62,936 bases of DNA, filler included, from Reclinomonas americana ATCC 50394 (GCA_048213135.1; 5 parts of 3 records of this genome joined end to end with filler, not necessarily neighbours in it); one strand, 5' to 3'; shown: positions 21,158 to 46,699, counted from the whole stretch's first letter. Notes: generated from the sequence alone by a model not told the origin. Numbers and translations are program-made.

Positions 21158-24100
21158 TCATTCCTCAGTAGCCTTGAACCGTGCACTGAGTGCTGGCACA
21201 CGGCCACGGCGAAGAGCGGGCGCAGTTGCGGTGCCACGTCGCGCTCCGTGGCCACTCGTCTCCAACACGCCAGCGTCGAACTCGTCCGTGGCCTCGCGGC
21301 GCATCTTGGCTCTCTTCTTCAGGTGCTGCGCCTTGGCGTCCTCGATCTGGTCACGCGCCTCCTCCAGCTTCTGCTTGCGAACAAAGGACGGCACATGGAG
21401 CGAGGAGGCTGCGGTCGCCGCCGCCTCAGCCACCTGCAACAGCGACTGCCTCTTCTGCTCGCCCTGCCTCTGCGCGTCGTCCTTGGGGCCGCCCGACGAC
21501 CACGACGATGACTTTTTCGTTGGTACCGGTGCATAACTCTCGTAGCTGAGTGATGCCGGGCGCGCAGGCGTACTTGAAACGGTTGTCGACACTGGTGTCG
21601 CCACAAACGACCGTGACAGCGGCTTGGCTACCACTGCCGTCGCGGCGGCGGCAGCCGGCGCCGGCGTCGGTGTCGGCGTCGTTGCCGTAACAGATGTGGA
21701 TGTTGACGAAGATGACGACCACGGTTGATACTGCTGCTGCTGCAGCTGGCGAGCCTGCACCTCCATGATCGTAGTGCCCTGCACGCGTGCCTCGCGCTCC
21801 TCAAACTTGCGGATTTTGCGCTCGGTGACCTTTAGCGCCACAGGATTGGTGTTGGCACGCTCGCGTCTCCTTCTCGCGCGCTGTGGTGGGAACGGTGAGC
21901 GGCACAGAAGAGGAACACGTCTCACACAACGCCCGCCACTCACCATAATATCTGTGGGGCTCTCTTTCAGCGCAAACGAGCGTGCCACGTGGCCGAGGTG
22001 CAGGTTCTTCACGTGGAAAATGTCGCGCGTGGCCGACACGTGCGCAGCGTAGGCGCGCACGTACGACTGGAAGGTGAAGCGGGCCAACTCGTGAAGCTGT
22101 GGGAAAGAAGGCAAGGTAAACGAGGTGAATGCTTGTCTCTGCTCTTGCCTGGTGCGCACACTCACCTCATTGTCAAGGAGAACGTGGTCCTGCAACATTT
22201 GCTGCATCCATCGCACTGCGCATCGGTCACGGAAGGTCAGCGAAATACATGGGAAGCGAGAGAGAGAGAGAGAGCATGAATAGTCGCCGACAAACCAGCC
22301 TCACGCGGATCCTTGGTTCGCTCGTACCTCAACAGCGTCTTGAACAATACATCGGTGGGAATGAGATTCATGTGCACCTGCGTACCACGTGTGAGTCACC
22401 AATGCCAACACTTCAGTGCGCGCACTCTTTTTCTCCGCAACATTCATCTTCGACAGCAGTTCGACATATTTCTCCTCGGTGGGCATCAGGAAGAGCAGTG
22501 AGTCGCCGATTTGACCCAGACGTGCAGTACGACCGACCTGAGCGCGGAATAGGGGGGAGAGAGAGACGGTGAGTGAGTGAATGAGGAGGGAGGGAGGGAG
22601 GGAGGGCGAGAGAGAGAGGAGGGGGGGAGGAGAAGAAGAGTGCGAGGGTAAGAGAAAAAGAGGGCGGGAGGGAGAAGTAGAAGGAGAGAAGGGAGAAGGA
22701 AAGTGGGAGGGTGGGAGGGAGAGAGGCAGAAGGAGAGCGAGAGATGAGAACGAGGGAAGGTGGGTGAGGGGAGGAGAACGGGAGAAGGAAAGTGGGACGG
22801 TGGGAGAAGGAGAGTGGGAGGGTGGGAGGGAGACAGGCAGATGTAGAGCGAGAGAATAGGAGCGAGTGAGGACAAGGAGAAAGAAGGTGAGCGAGCAGAG
22901 AATGAAGGAAGGTGAGTGAAAGGACGAGAGAAGAAGAGAGAGAGAGAGACAGAGAGTGCGCAGTTGATTTCAAAACCAAACACGCGTCTGAGCGAGAGAC
23001 GAAACTCGATGCAAATAATCCTTTGGGTCGCCTGGCGTATCGTACTGAATGATCCACTGCACGGATGGCAAGTCGAGACCGCGCGAGGCTGCAGTCCAGC
23101 GCGCATCAATATCGTAGACGATGCCCGAAAAACCGCCCTCCGGCACACTCACCAACATCGGTGCACAGCAGAATGCCATTGGGTGAGCTGGCAAACTGGA
23201 AGTACACTTGAGTGCGCTCCTTTTGCGTCATGCTGCCGTGCAATTTGAACATGGGCAAGTCGAAAAACATGTTGCCGCCGGAGTAATCGGGGATCTTGCG
23301 TTCCTCCGGCTCGTCCTCATGTCGGGAGACCACGCCAGCTGTGACTCAAACACGGAATGAGACAGAGGAGCACGTAAAACAGCAGCGCGACATCAACACA
23401 CACCTCCCGCCTGCTGCGACATATCAATGGTGCGGAAGGTGCCGAATAATCGAAAGTGGAACTCGACAGCATCGCAGCTGGAGAAGAAGACAATCATCTT
23501 TGATGCAGATCTGCACGTCGTGATGAGTACACAAGGCAAAAACACGATAACCGTCCACAGCTCCAGTTGCGCAACTTCTTTGCCGTCTGCCACTTGAGGA
23601 AGGTCAACAGTGCCACCAGCCGATTGCCGGCCGGTACAATCAAGCAGTTCTGGCGCAGTGTTGATGGCAGTCGGAATCCCTCTTCCTGTGCAGCGTATAG
23701 CGAGATTGGTGACTGGTAAGTGACGACATTCTTCAACAACAGTAATAATGACACAGACACACACCTCGTCTTCGACGCCAAAGCTGTCAAGCTTGGTCTC
23801 GTCTGTGCACGTCAATGAGGGAAAAGGCATAGCGGCAGAAAATCGACACAGTCACGCACCCCAATCGCCAGTCTTGACGGGGTCACGCAGCGTGGCGCTG
23901 GCGAGACGCAACACTCGCTTGTCGAGAGTGGCCGAGCAGAGAATCGACTGCGGAAAGAGCTGTGCGAACGTGGAGGGTCAGCGGAAGCGGAGAGGGAGTG
24001 CAATGCAAGCAGAAACGTGCTCGTACCTTGGTCTCCTTCAGAATGTCCGCAATGCGCGTAATGTCCTTTTCGAAACCCAAGTCCATCAGTCTGTCGGCAA

Positions 24101-24725
24101 GAGGAGGTCAGAAGACAAACAAAAGAGCAATACAACTCTTCTCTGCCGCCACACACACCGATCGGCCTCGTCGTACACCACAAAGCGCAGATGATTGCAA
24201 TTCCACGAGCTGGTGGTCTGCAAGTGATCCAACAGGCGACCGGGAGTGCCCACCAGAATGTTGATGCCCTTGCGCAGGCGCGCCTTTTCAGATTTTTTCT
24301 TTTCGCCGCCCATCACGGATCCGGGAACGATCCACACGTAGGGGCGCACGACCTTGAAGATGACTTCGTAGATTTGGATACAGAGCTCGCGGGTGGGTGC
24401 CAGGATGATGGCTGCGCGCAAAGGGGGAAGGGTGAGGGAAAGGGGATGAAGAAGGGAAAGAAAGGTTGAAAGGGAAACGCAGATGGACAATGCCTGAAAA
24501 CGTTGTTGCACGTGTGAGGATTCAGCGGCGAAAGAGGGGTCGATGAGAGACAGAGTACGACGACATCGGTACATGGAGAGGAGGAGAACAGTAGGAAGGG
24601 AAAGGCACATGGACGATGACTGAGAGAACAGTGGACAGCGAACACAGAGCAAGAAGAAGAAAGGAGAAAAGATGTAGCTGCACGTGAGCGGAATCGTCAG
24701 CAAAAGAGGGAACGTTGTGAGACGG

Positions 24726-24765
<40 letters not shown>

Positions 24766-26427
24766 GACTCAACCAAAAGTGCCGTCACTGCGCTCAATGT
24801 GTGGATCAATCTGTTGCAGCATTTGTACAATGGGAATCAAGTAGGCCAGCGTCTTGCCACTGCCCGTCTCGGACTTGATGAGGCTGGTGAGTAGGAAGCA
24901 TGAGTGAGACGATTTTCATCGAGTGAGAAGGGACCCAACTGACTACGCACACATCGTGTCCTTGCAGAATACTGGGAATCGCGTCGGCTTGGCATCGCGT
25001 CAAATGCTCGACGCCAAAGTGCTCTGCTCCCGTACGGCACAATAAGTAAAGCGTCTCTCCCTCTCTTTCGGTGGCGAATGTTCAGCGCACCCTTCAAACT
25101 AGGGGCCATCTTTGCGTCGAGTCCAAGGCCGTCCATCGACACTTCGGTGGCGAAGAAACCAGCGCGACCTGGCAACGCGCTGCCGCTGCTGCTGCCACTC
25201 CCACTCGCACCTCCGTTCACACCTTCAGCTCCTCCGTCCACTTCCATGCCGTCGGTGGCTGCACGCAGAGCGGTGAGATGCAAGGCAAGCACAGGAAAAC
25301 TGAGAGAAAATTGCACAAACCCGATGTAGCCGCGCGGAAGCTGTCGCTGACGCTCGGTGCATCGACCGGTCGCCGCACCACCTCGTCGAGTGTCATGTCG
25401 GTGCCGTCGGTCTGCGGAGAATGATCCAAGAGTCAGCAAGGAACGGTGGATAGAATGTCCATCAACAGAGAGAGAGAGAGAGGCAGGAAGGGAGACGGCA
25501 AGAGGGGAAAGGGCGGGAAGGGAGAGCGCAGGAAGGGAGAGCACAGAAAGGGAGAGGGTGGGAGAGAGAGAGGGCGGGAAGGGAGAAGCGGCAGGTAGGG
25601 AAGGCAACTGACGAATCAAAAGCAAGCACGCGAGAGAAGTGGTGACGAGAAGAGAGCAATGAGAAGAAGCAGGTTGGCTGGGAAGATACGACAAATAAGA
25701 TCCGAGGTTTAACAGGGAAAACACACGCATTTTGTATTGCTCACATTAACAAGCAGTCCGCGCTGTTCCCTTTCTCTCGCATCCACCTTTCTGTTATGCT
25801 CCTCTTCGTCTCCCACAGTCCACTCAACTGTTCGCAAACATTCCTCTGTTCTCCACTCCTTTCATCTGCTCTGCCATCACCTCACTCTCTCCCTCTTCCT
25901 CTCCCTCTCCCTCTCTCTCTCGCGCGCGCGTGTACATTTTCTCCTCTGTCGCCTTCTCTCTTTCATCTCTTCTGCCTTCTCCTCCCTCTGTCACTCCCCT
26001 CCACTCTATCCCCCTCTCATTACACATCACAAACCTTTTGCTTCTTCTTCGGGGGCTTCTTCACCACCGCCGGCATCAGTCCACGCTCCTCTTGCGTCAC
26101 TCCCCCGTCATCAACGTCGTCATCGTCACCGTCAACATCACGTGAAGCCTTTTTCTTGCTCGTACCACTCTTGCTCTTCACCCCGTCACTCCCAGCGCCA
26201 TCAGCATCCTCCAGTGATCGCTTCTTCCCTGCCGTCTTATCACTCAGCTGTTGCTGCTTCTTCTTGGTTGTCGCAGTAGTCGTCGCCGCAGTCGCCGCTG
26301 TCGGTGCAGGCTTCTCCACTGCAGTCTCCGTCTTTACCGGCTTCGCCACCTTGGCCACCTTGGCGGGCTTCGGGGGTGGCGGAGGCGGAATGTAAAAGTT
26401 GAGCATCATGCCGTCGTCGTCGTCCAT
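21158..26427 (-). CDS. DBP7: DEAD-box RNA helicase DBP7/DDX31 family (60S biogenesis), multi-exon
   Basis: [101 protein letters not shown]. Confidence 0.93.
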
Positions 26428-27474
26428 GGTGAGAGGCTACTGTGGCGAAGGAGAGAGTGAGGAGGAGGAGCAGGAGGATAAGGTGAAGACAAATGAAGGA
26501 GACAAGAAAGGAGAACAGCAACAAGAAGAAGAACAAGAGGAAGAAGAGTGAAGAGGAAGAGAATAAGGAGGAAGAAGAAGAACAGGAACAGCAACAACAG
26601 CAACAACCATAACAACGCCAAGCACAAGAAGGAGGAGGATGACAAGTAGGAGAGAGGAGAAGAAGAGTGATGAGAAAGAGAGAAAGACGAAGAGGGGGGA
26701 GGATGAGGAGGAAGAAGAGGAAGAAGAAGGAGAAGGAGAAGAAGAACAAGAAGAACAAGAAGAAGGAGAATGAGAAGCAGAAGAAGAAGAAGAAGAAGGA
26801 GAAGGAGGAGGAGAAGAAGAAGAAGAAGGAGGAGGAGAAGGAGAAGGAGGAGGAGAAGGAGAAGGAGAAGGAGAAGGAGAAGAAGAAGAAGAAGAAGAAC
26901 GAGGAAAAGAAGACGAACAACAACAACAACAGCCAAGCAGAACAAGAAGGACATAGAGGAAGAAGAGGAAAGAAGGAGAGAATGAAGAAGATAATGATGA
27001 AGAAAGGAGGAGAGAGAGAAGGAAGAGACTGAAGAGAAGAAGTAGCAGGTATGCATATGCTGATATGCAAAGCAGTGCAAGGAACGACAATGTGAGCAAG
27101 GAGAACAACTGCGCGACGACTTGCAGAGTGCACAAAACGAAGAATCAACTGGCACACAGTTGAGCAAGCACACATGCACACATGATCACCACTGTACACA
27201 GAGAATGACCAACACACACACACACACACAAGAAGAAGAGTTGAGTGTAGAAAAAAAGAAAAAACACGCGTGCGTGTTGATGTGAATGTGCACATGGCCA
27301 AACCGGGACAGAAAAACACACACACAGCGAGAGACAGACAAGCATAGAGCCTCACACGCACACGCACATACCTTGTTGCACACACACGCTGCGGCAAAAG
27401 AGAGAGAGAGAACACACACGAAAAACAATGACGCATCATTGTCCACTCTCTCATTTTCTCTCTCTCACTTTCTC

Positions 27475-28849
<1,375 letters not shown>

Positions 28850-28928
28850 AAACAAACACGTTCTTGATTCGCTTTTATCTTTCTTTTCTCCTCTATGTAT
28901 CATTACTTTTCTCCTTCTTCTTCCCAGC

Positions 28929-30170
28929 TCACAAGGACCAGTTGCGTCCCCGGTATCCGGTCCAGGCGCCGTCGCCGCTCAGACTGATGAGTGGTCGTCG
29001 CTGGGGAGCGGGTGCGCCGCGTTGCACGGTCTGCTCGTCGATCTTGCAGGCGTAGGTGATGACCAGGCGTGCGGTGGGGAAGTCGATAATCTCCGGGTAC
29101 TTGTCGGCCACAAAGAGCTCGGTGCACACGGGTGAGTGTGAGCAGTGGTGGTTGACGTACGAGGCCACGCGCGAAATAACAGTGCCGTCCTCATCCAACA
29201 CCTCCGCCGACTCCACCGCCAGCAGGTGGCCTTCGCCGCAAAACAGCTGCGCCGAGCCGCCGGCCATGGTAGTAATCGTGGTCTGCGGCGGTGCCTTGGA
29301 GCACGAGTACGAGGCCGTCAGTGCCAATATCGAGGCACCATTGTCGGTGGCCGCCGTCAGACCAAAGAGACGCTGCGCCGTGATACGCGCCGGTCCCTCC
29401 ACGCACTCGGCGTGTCCGCTGCACAGCGCCAGCAGGTGGTCGCTAATGTCGAGCGTGCTGACTGGCTCGCCATCGTGCGGTTGGTACAGCAGCGCTCCGC
29501 GATGCACATACAACGACTCGTCCTCTTGGCACGCAAGAGCCAGGCGATCGGTGCCCGTGGCCTAATCACACACAAATGTCAACACACAGGCAAGGATGCA
29601 AAGGCAGTTCGGAGGTGGCACTGACCGTCGCCGTGAGGCCCATCTTGGAGAACATCTTCTCCTGCTGCACGCTGCACTTGTACTCGACCTCGAGCAGCTG
29701 CACAGTCTGGATGCAGAGCATGCGAATGGCATCAACATCGGCCACTGGAATTTCGCATTGGTTGCTGCCCGGCGGACAGAAACGCTCAAACAGCCGCCGT
29801 GCGTCGATAGCACTGAGAGGGAGGAAGGGGGGAGGGTAAGAGAGAGAGACTGAGCACACTTATGGGAAGAAGATAGGGGGCGCAACTGTGAGCACGAGGG
29901 ACTGTCCTGATAAGCATTTTGGTGCTCCGAGTGCGCCAGCTGCAGAGGTTCGCATTCATCGGCCATGGCCGGTCGGTAGACTGCGCGCTCCAGCTGAATA
30001 ATCTGACCAGGTCTGCTGCAGGCGAGTTGCAGCACCGAGGCCGACCCGACACCATCTGCGCTCTCACACTGTCGTACAGTGTGAGTGGAGGTCGCGGCCG
30101 TGCATTGTTGCACGGTTGCCAGTGTAAAGAGAACTGAGAGGAGGACGAGATAGGCCCTGCGGTAGGACAT
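28929..30170 (-). CDS. Secreted Cys-rich protein with three SUEL/rhamnose-binding-lectin-like domains
   Basis: Signal peptide MSYRRAYLVLLSVLFTLATVQQCTA; three units with LxC..(I/L)..A.(Y/L/V)...C..C...L.(V/A/I).YxC; two GT-AG introns keep frame. Confidence 0.65.
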
Positions 30171-31121
30171 GGTGGTGGTGGTGGTGGTGGTGGTGGTGGT
30201 GGGGCGTNNNNNNNNNNNNNNNNNNNNNNNNNNNNNNNNNNNNNNNNNNNNNNNNNNNNNNNNNNNNNNNNNNNNNNNNNNNNNNNNNNNNNNNNNNNNN
30301 NNNNNNNNNNNNNNNNNNNNNNNNNNNNNNNNNNNNNNNNNNNNNNNNNNNNNNNNNNNNNNNNNNNNNNNNNNNNNNNNNNNNNNNNNNNNNNNNNNNN
30401 NNNNNNNNNNNNNNNNNNNNNNNNNNNNNNNNNNNNNNNNNNNNNNNNNNNNNNNNNNNNNNNNNNNNNNNNNNNNNNNNNNNNNNNNNNNNNNNNNNNN
30501 NNNNNNAATCGGACGATTTTGTACGAAACGAGCGTGCAGGGTGCGGATGAGGATCGGGGGGTGGAGGAGAAAGAAGAGAAAGAAAGAGAGTAGAAAAGAG
30601 ACACGGTGGAGAGAATATGCGAAGAATAAAGTGAAAAGAGTGTCGACAACTGGGAAAAAACGATGTTTCGGTTTCTCGTTTCTCAATTTTTTCGTCGTGT
30701 GGAGAGAAGAGCATTCGGNNNNNNNNNNNNNNNNNNNNNNNNNNNNNNNNNNNNNNNNNNNNTTAATTAATTAANNNNNNNNNNNNNNNNNNNNNNNNNN
30801 NNNNNNNNNNNNNNNNNNAACCTTGCAGATTTTCGGACAATGGATATCGAAGACAATGCAGGGCTTGTTGGGGTGGGTGCATGAGGACCGAGGAGCAAGG
30901 AAGAGGGGGAAACGATGTGGATGAGAGGAGGCAGTGACGTTTAAAGCGGGTGGGGTGGAATATGCGAAGAATATGCATGCGCAACGCAAACTCGACAGGG
31001 AAACGCACATGTAAGGTGTGCTTTGATGAAACCAGCGGCATCAGTAGTGCAAGGATTCATTGATTGGTCGCACAAGAGAACGCAGGCAAAGAGAATAGAA
31101 GAAGGCGCGCAATCGCTCTTC

Positions 31122-41526
<10,405 letters not shown>

Positions 41527-41619
41527 GAGGCGAACGAGTGCCCATAGCGTGGCATGACGGCGTGCGTCTGCAGAGAAGAAGGGAGTGTGAGTGAGAGAAC
41601 AAGTGATCATGAGAGAGAG

Positions 41620-41660
<41 letters not shown>

Positions 41661-43655
41661 CGAGGGGCTGCAATGGGGTCTTGTGTGCTGCATCAGAAAA
41701 CTGTGACGCTCCCATGTTGCCTTTTTCTGGGGTGGCCATGGCGTGTTACCTTTGCTCGCACACATTTCTTCACGACGGAAAGAGGCTCGCTGTCCTAATG
41801 ACAGAATTGGGTGACTCGCGGGTTTATGTGCAGCCACATGGGGTCGTGTAGTGTGCGTGTGTGTGTGTGTGTGCTGGTGTGCACATGTGGGGAGGAGGGT
41901 TGTGTACACTGCAGCGAGAGGAGGACTTGTTGGGGAAACAACAAGGTTGGAGAGGACCGAACAAATGGAGTTTTTTCCAAAGTTTTAGACTCTTTCGGGT
42001 CACCGAGCGTACGTGGATTGTGGGTTAGAAAAGACATGTGTGGCAGGAGCATGCGCATCGCGACCTAAATAAAAATGACTTTGTGAGTGCCGATTAGAGG
42101 CATGGCTGCGATTTCGGTATCGATATCGCAACAGACATATCGACGTGATATTGATAATGAGCGCTTAGCAACAACAACAACACCAACAACTTAACTAATC
42201 CAAACAGAACACCAGAAACTCAAACATCACGGAGAAAGCGAGAAAATGTCGAGATGCAAGAGGTGTTGGTTTCAGAAAAAGAATAACAACAACAATTCAT
42301 TCACCAACAAACAAGNNNNNNNNNNNNNNNNNNNNNNNNNNNNNNNNNNNNNNNNNNNNNNNNNNNNNNNNNNNNNNNNNNNNNNNNNNNNNNNNNNNNN
42401 NNNNNNNNNNNNNNNNNNNNNNNNNNNNNNNNNNNNNNNNNNNNNNNNNNNNNNNNNNNNNNNNNNNNNNNNNNNNNNNNNNNNNNNNNNNNNNNNNNNN
42501 NNNNNNNNNNNNNNNNNNNNNNNNNNNNNNNNNNNNNNNNNNNNNNNNNNNNNNNNNNNNNNNNNNNNNNNNNNNNNNNNNNNNNNNNNNNNNNNNNNNN
42601 NNNNNNNNNNNNNNNNNNNNNNNNNNNNNNNNNNNNNNNNNNNNNNNNNNNNNNNNNNNNNNNNNNNNNNNNNNNNNNNNNNNNNNNNNNNNNNNNNNNN
42701 NNNNNNNNNNNNNNNNNNNNNNNNNNNNNNNNNNNNNNNNNNNNNNNNNNNNNNNNNNNNNNNNNNNNNNNNNNNNNNNNNNNNNNNNNNNNNNNNNNNN
42801 NNNNNNNNNNNNNNNNNNNNNNNNNNNNNNNNNNNNNNNNNNNNNNNNNNNNNNNNNNNNNNNNNNNNNNNNNNNNNNNNNNNNNNNNNNNNNNNNNNNN
42901 NNNNNNNNNNNNNNNNNNNNNNNNNNNNNNNNNNNNNNNNNNNNNNNNNNNNNNNNNNNNNNNNNNNNNNNNNNNNNNNNNNNNNNNNNNNNNNNNNNNN
43001 NNNNNNNNNNNNNNNNNNNNNNNNNNNNNNNNNNNNNNNNNNNNNNNNNNNNNNNNNNNNNNNNNNCAACAGCTGTCTAGATCTTGATCAAATGCTCCAT
43101 TTTGCGTCAGCAACATGGATTTTGCGAGTCTGAAGTACTCGCTCATTGTCATTCGCTTTTCAGCCTCGTTTTGTTTGTCGAGAGGCATGCTTATCTTTCT
43201 GGTACGAAAGAACGAGCAAATCAAATGCAGCAACTTGCAAATTGTTTGCGACCGAATTCGCAAGCAAATCTGCTAGAGCGAACACCCACCCTCAAAATTA
43301 ACCTGCCTCTTTCCTCAATGCTAGTATTTGCGTTGAGGTTTTGTGAACCAATGGTTGTCTTGCAATTGTGGATGAATTGCTGATCATCATGCCGATCGAT
43401 GTGGTTTTCACAGTCGTAAAGTCGAGAACACAATTCGCGAACCCAGATATTGCCATCCTGCGCTGCTCCTTCTCCCTCCCTCACCTTACGCATGCCCGGG
43501 TACCACAAGAAAGCAAAATTGCATATCGTGTCCGAATTCATTTGTCCTAGAAACAGGATGGGACGGAGCAAGGAGAAAATAACACTCGTGTGCGCGCGCA
43601 TTCACCACACGCACACGCTCTTCCTCTCTCTCTCACACACACACTCCCACTCCTC

Positions 43656-44174
43656 ATGTTCTGTGACCGTGATCGATTCAGCGGCAATCGCATCGCCGCA
43701 CCGCACTCTTCCTCCTCCACCTCCACCTCCTCCTCGGACGCTGTCTCATCCTCTTCCTCCACCTCCTCCTCGTCCTCTGCACGCCTCCTCCGTCGCATGC
43801 TTGTCCTCGACGAGGTGGCCTTGCACGGAGGCGACCTTGCCGCCGCCGAGCCCTCAGACACAGACGACGATGTGCTGATTGACGACGAGGCCAGTGAGCG
43901 CATGCGACAGTGGTACACCTCGGCTGCTCGCGGACGCATGCACCAGCACGTGCTGATTGGCGGCAATAGTGGCGGAGGAGCGTCACCAGTGGACGATGTC
44001 GATCAGAGACGCGCACATCATCATCTCATTGTGGTGTCATCGTCGTCTCCACGTGCGTCGCCTGTCATTGCAGTGGCGCCACTGGGAGGCGCAAGTGCAG
44101 CTGTGCAGAGTGGCATGGATGATGCGGATCGCCTGTCGGCGTGGCGAGTTGCGTACTGCTGCTGTTGCTTGTGA
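43656..44174 (+). CDS. Intronless Ser/Asp-rich hypothetical protein ending in CCCCL
   Basis: ATG after a CT/CA leader; 172-aa ORF; Cys-cluster/CaaX-like end; no recognisable domain. Confidence 0.45.
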   Translation: MFCDRDRFSGNRIAAPHSSSSTSTSSSDAVSSSSSTSSSSSARLLRRMLVLDEVALHGGDLAAAEPSDTDDDVLIDDEASERMRQWYTSAARGRMHQHVLIGGNSGGGASPVDDVDQRRAHHHLIVVSSSSPRASPVIAVAPLGGASAAVQSGMDDADRLSAWRVAYCCCCL

Positions 44175-45399
44175 CACTGCACGGGAATCAATTCTCTCAA
44201 GGAGTATTTCCGTCAATGCACAACAGAGACCGTCTTTGGAGGAGCGGAGACCGTCGTTGCTGTTGCGTACTGGCGTAATCATCTCTACTGTCACTCACGC
44301 ACGCATGCTCATCAACTCTTCGTTGTTGCTACAGCTCACGAGCGCGCAGTCGTCTGCGATTGGACATGATGTTGCCGTTGGGCTTGGTCGCTGGAGGCAG
44401 CAGTGGGCTGGCGAGGCGGGCGAGTGTGGCAGCGGCTGCAGCTGCGGCGTCGGCGGGGCTCGACGATCGGGAGTCGGGTGGGGGCAGCAGCGGTGGGTTG
44501 AGTTTTTGAGGGGGAAAAACGCACGCAAGAGTAGGAGAAGAAAAAATACTGTCGGGGAGAGACGTTTGTTTTGCACAAGATTGACCGCCATGTGACGAAG
44601 AAAGAGAGGGAGAGAGAATGGGAGAAGGAATGAAGAAAAGGGTCCATGTGTGGTGGAATTGATCCGGTGCTGCCAGCAGATGCTCCGCAAGGTGCAGGGA
44701 GTGGCTTTCGCGTCGACTCACCCTGCGCTGAATGGGTAGCTTGCATAAGGCAGCCTCTCACTCGCACAAGGCGCACAGTCGCAATCTACATTCTGCCTGC
44801 GAGGGTCAGCACCCTTTCCGCGAGGAGCAGGGAGTGGTCTCAGCATCGACTCACCTCGCTGCACGCTGCCTGCTCCTGAATGAGTCCAGTGCACATGTTC
44901 ATTCGCTTGTCGAGCAACCCGCCGTCGTTCCTCTGTTCTTGGCAGTTGGCATTTTGCTTCTCGAGGAAGATAAGTGGCCTTGGCGACAATTTACCTTGCG
45001 CTGCATGGGTGGCTTGCATAAGCAGCCTCTCGCGCGCACAACGCACACAGCCACAAACTGCGTTCTGCCCGCGAGGGTCAGCACCCTTTCCCGCAAAGCG
45101 CAAGAGTCGCCTCGGCATCAACTCACCTCGCTGTGCGTGCACAAACGGCGAATGCAGCAGTCACCGTCCTCTTCGTGGAGGTAAGCACACTCCAGCAGGC
45201 ATCGCAGTGGCCCAGATAAACACGAACGTCATCACTCGCTCCGCATTGTGCCCTGCGCATGGCTGATTCATAGAGGCGAGTTCGCTTGCTTTGAGTCAGC
45301 GCACTCCAGCTCGCCTGCTCGGCATTTTTCTGTTCACGAAAGTCAGCACAAGCTCTCGCTGACATCTGAGCGGCCGACGAACCTTGTGTCAACACCTCC

Positions 45400-46006
45400 T
45401 CAAATGTCCTTGTAGATCAACTCGTACCTGGGCACACGCGCCGGATCAATCGGCGACTCAATCATCATCTTGCCGCGCATGACTCCACGATAGATGGCCT
45501 CCACCAAGTCGAGCAGGTCTTGTTTGTGCGCGAATGCCCCGATCCATTTGGTGTGGTCGGGGGTTCTGATGAGAAGAGGGGGATGAGTGAGAAGGGAGAA
45601 GAGAAAAGAGAGCGAGAGAGAGAGAGAGAGCAGAAGAGTGACGGGACGACTCTCTAGGAAACAGTGAGTGGAGAAAATATTAGAGAGCAAGAGAGAGGGC
45701 GTAGTGCCAAAGAGGGTGTGCAAGAGTGAGAGAGGAGAGAGAAGCAGAGAAAAGGAAAGAGGACGAAAGAAAGGAGAGCAAGAGTGGCAAGAGACAGAAT
45801 AACCGACACAAAACAGGAGGGACGGAAAGAGTGAGAATGGAGTGAGTCTGAATGAGGAACGAGAGTGGCAAGCGGGAGGGTGAATAGAAGACCGACTGGT
45901 AACTGACACAGACAACAAAGGCGACACAGGTGAGCGTGAGGAACAGGAAGAGACGGAAAGCGACACGGAAAGACGAGAGTGATGCGAGGAAAGACAACGA
46001 GACGAG

Positions 46007-46046
<40 letters not shown>

Positions 46047-46128
46047 TCACGGAAAGATGAGAGTGATGCGAGGAAAGACAACGAGACGAGTTGTGTCTCT
46101 CTCACTCTTCTTCCCTCTCTCTCCCTTG

Positions 46129-46162
<34 letters not shown>

Positions 46163-46625
46163 GCCTCTCTCTCCGTCTCGCACTCCCTCGTCTCTCTCTC
46201 TCTTCCCTCTTCCCTCTCCTCTCTTTCTCTCTGTCTCTCTGCCTCTCTCATTTCCCTCTTCCTCACCTAAAATCCACCTTGATATGCTGCGCATTGAAGA
46301 AGAACAGCGTCGCCGGCAACAACGTGATATCGAAGTACCGCACATACACCTCCACACAGTCCTCTTCCCCATCACCGTCACCATCATCATCCTCACTAAC
46401 GTCCACCAAGTACACATCAGCCATCTCCGCCAACGCAGGCGCGCACTTGCTCAGAGTCTCGTCGAGAGAGAGTTGCTGCTGGAAGGCGTGCTCGGAGTGT
46501 GCGCGTGCGGCGTCCAAGGCGAGACCAAAACGGAGAATGACTATGCGGTCTTCGGTGTCGCGAATGACGTGGTCGATGGAGGATTTCGTGCGGAGAGTGG
46601 GGAGTAGAAGCTGTGCGGATGACAT
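45400..46625 (-). CDS. TXNL4B: Thioredoxin-like protein 4B (Dim2), 2 exons
   Basis: [93 protein letters not shown]; the PDHTK and YxDI C-terminus are Dim2-type. Confidence 0.9.
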
Positions 46626-46699
46626 GTGTGAAAGGGATAGGAAGTGATTGGAGAGAGGACAGGCTCGTGTCCTTTGCATTGGAAGCTTTGCTATGCAAC

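Noticed and set aside
26430-27470. Long poly-K/E/R/L/S ORFs here and in other CT/GA/CA tracts, and antisense ORFs over the WD40 genes
   Set aside because: Products of microsatellites, N runs or the GC-rich antisense strand; no protein-like signal
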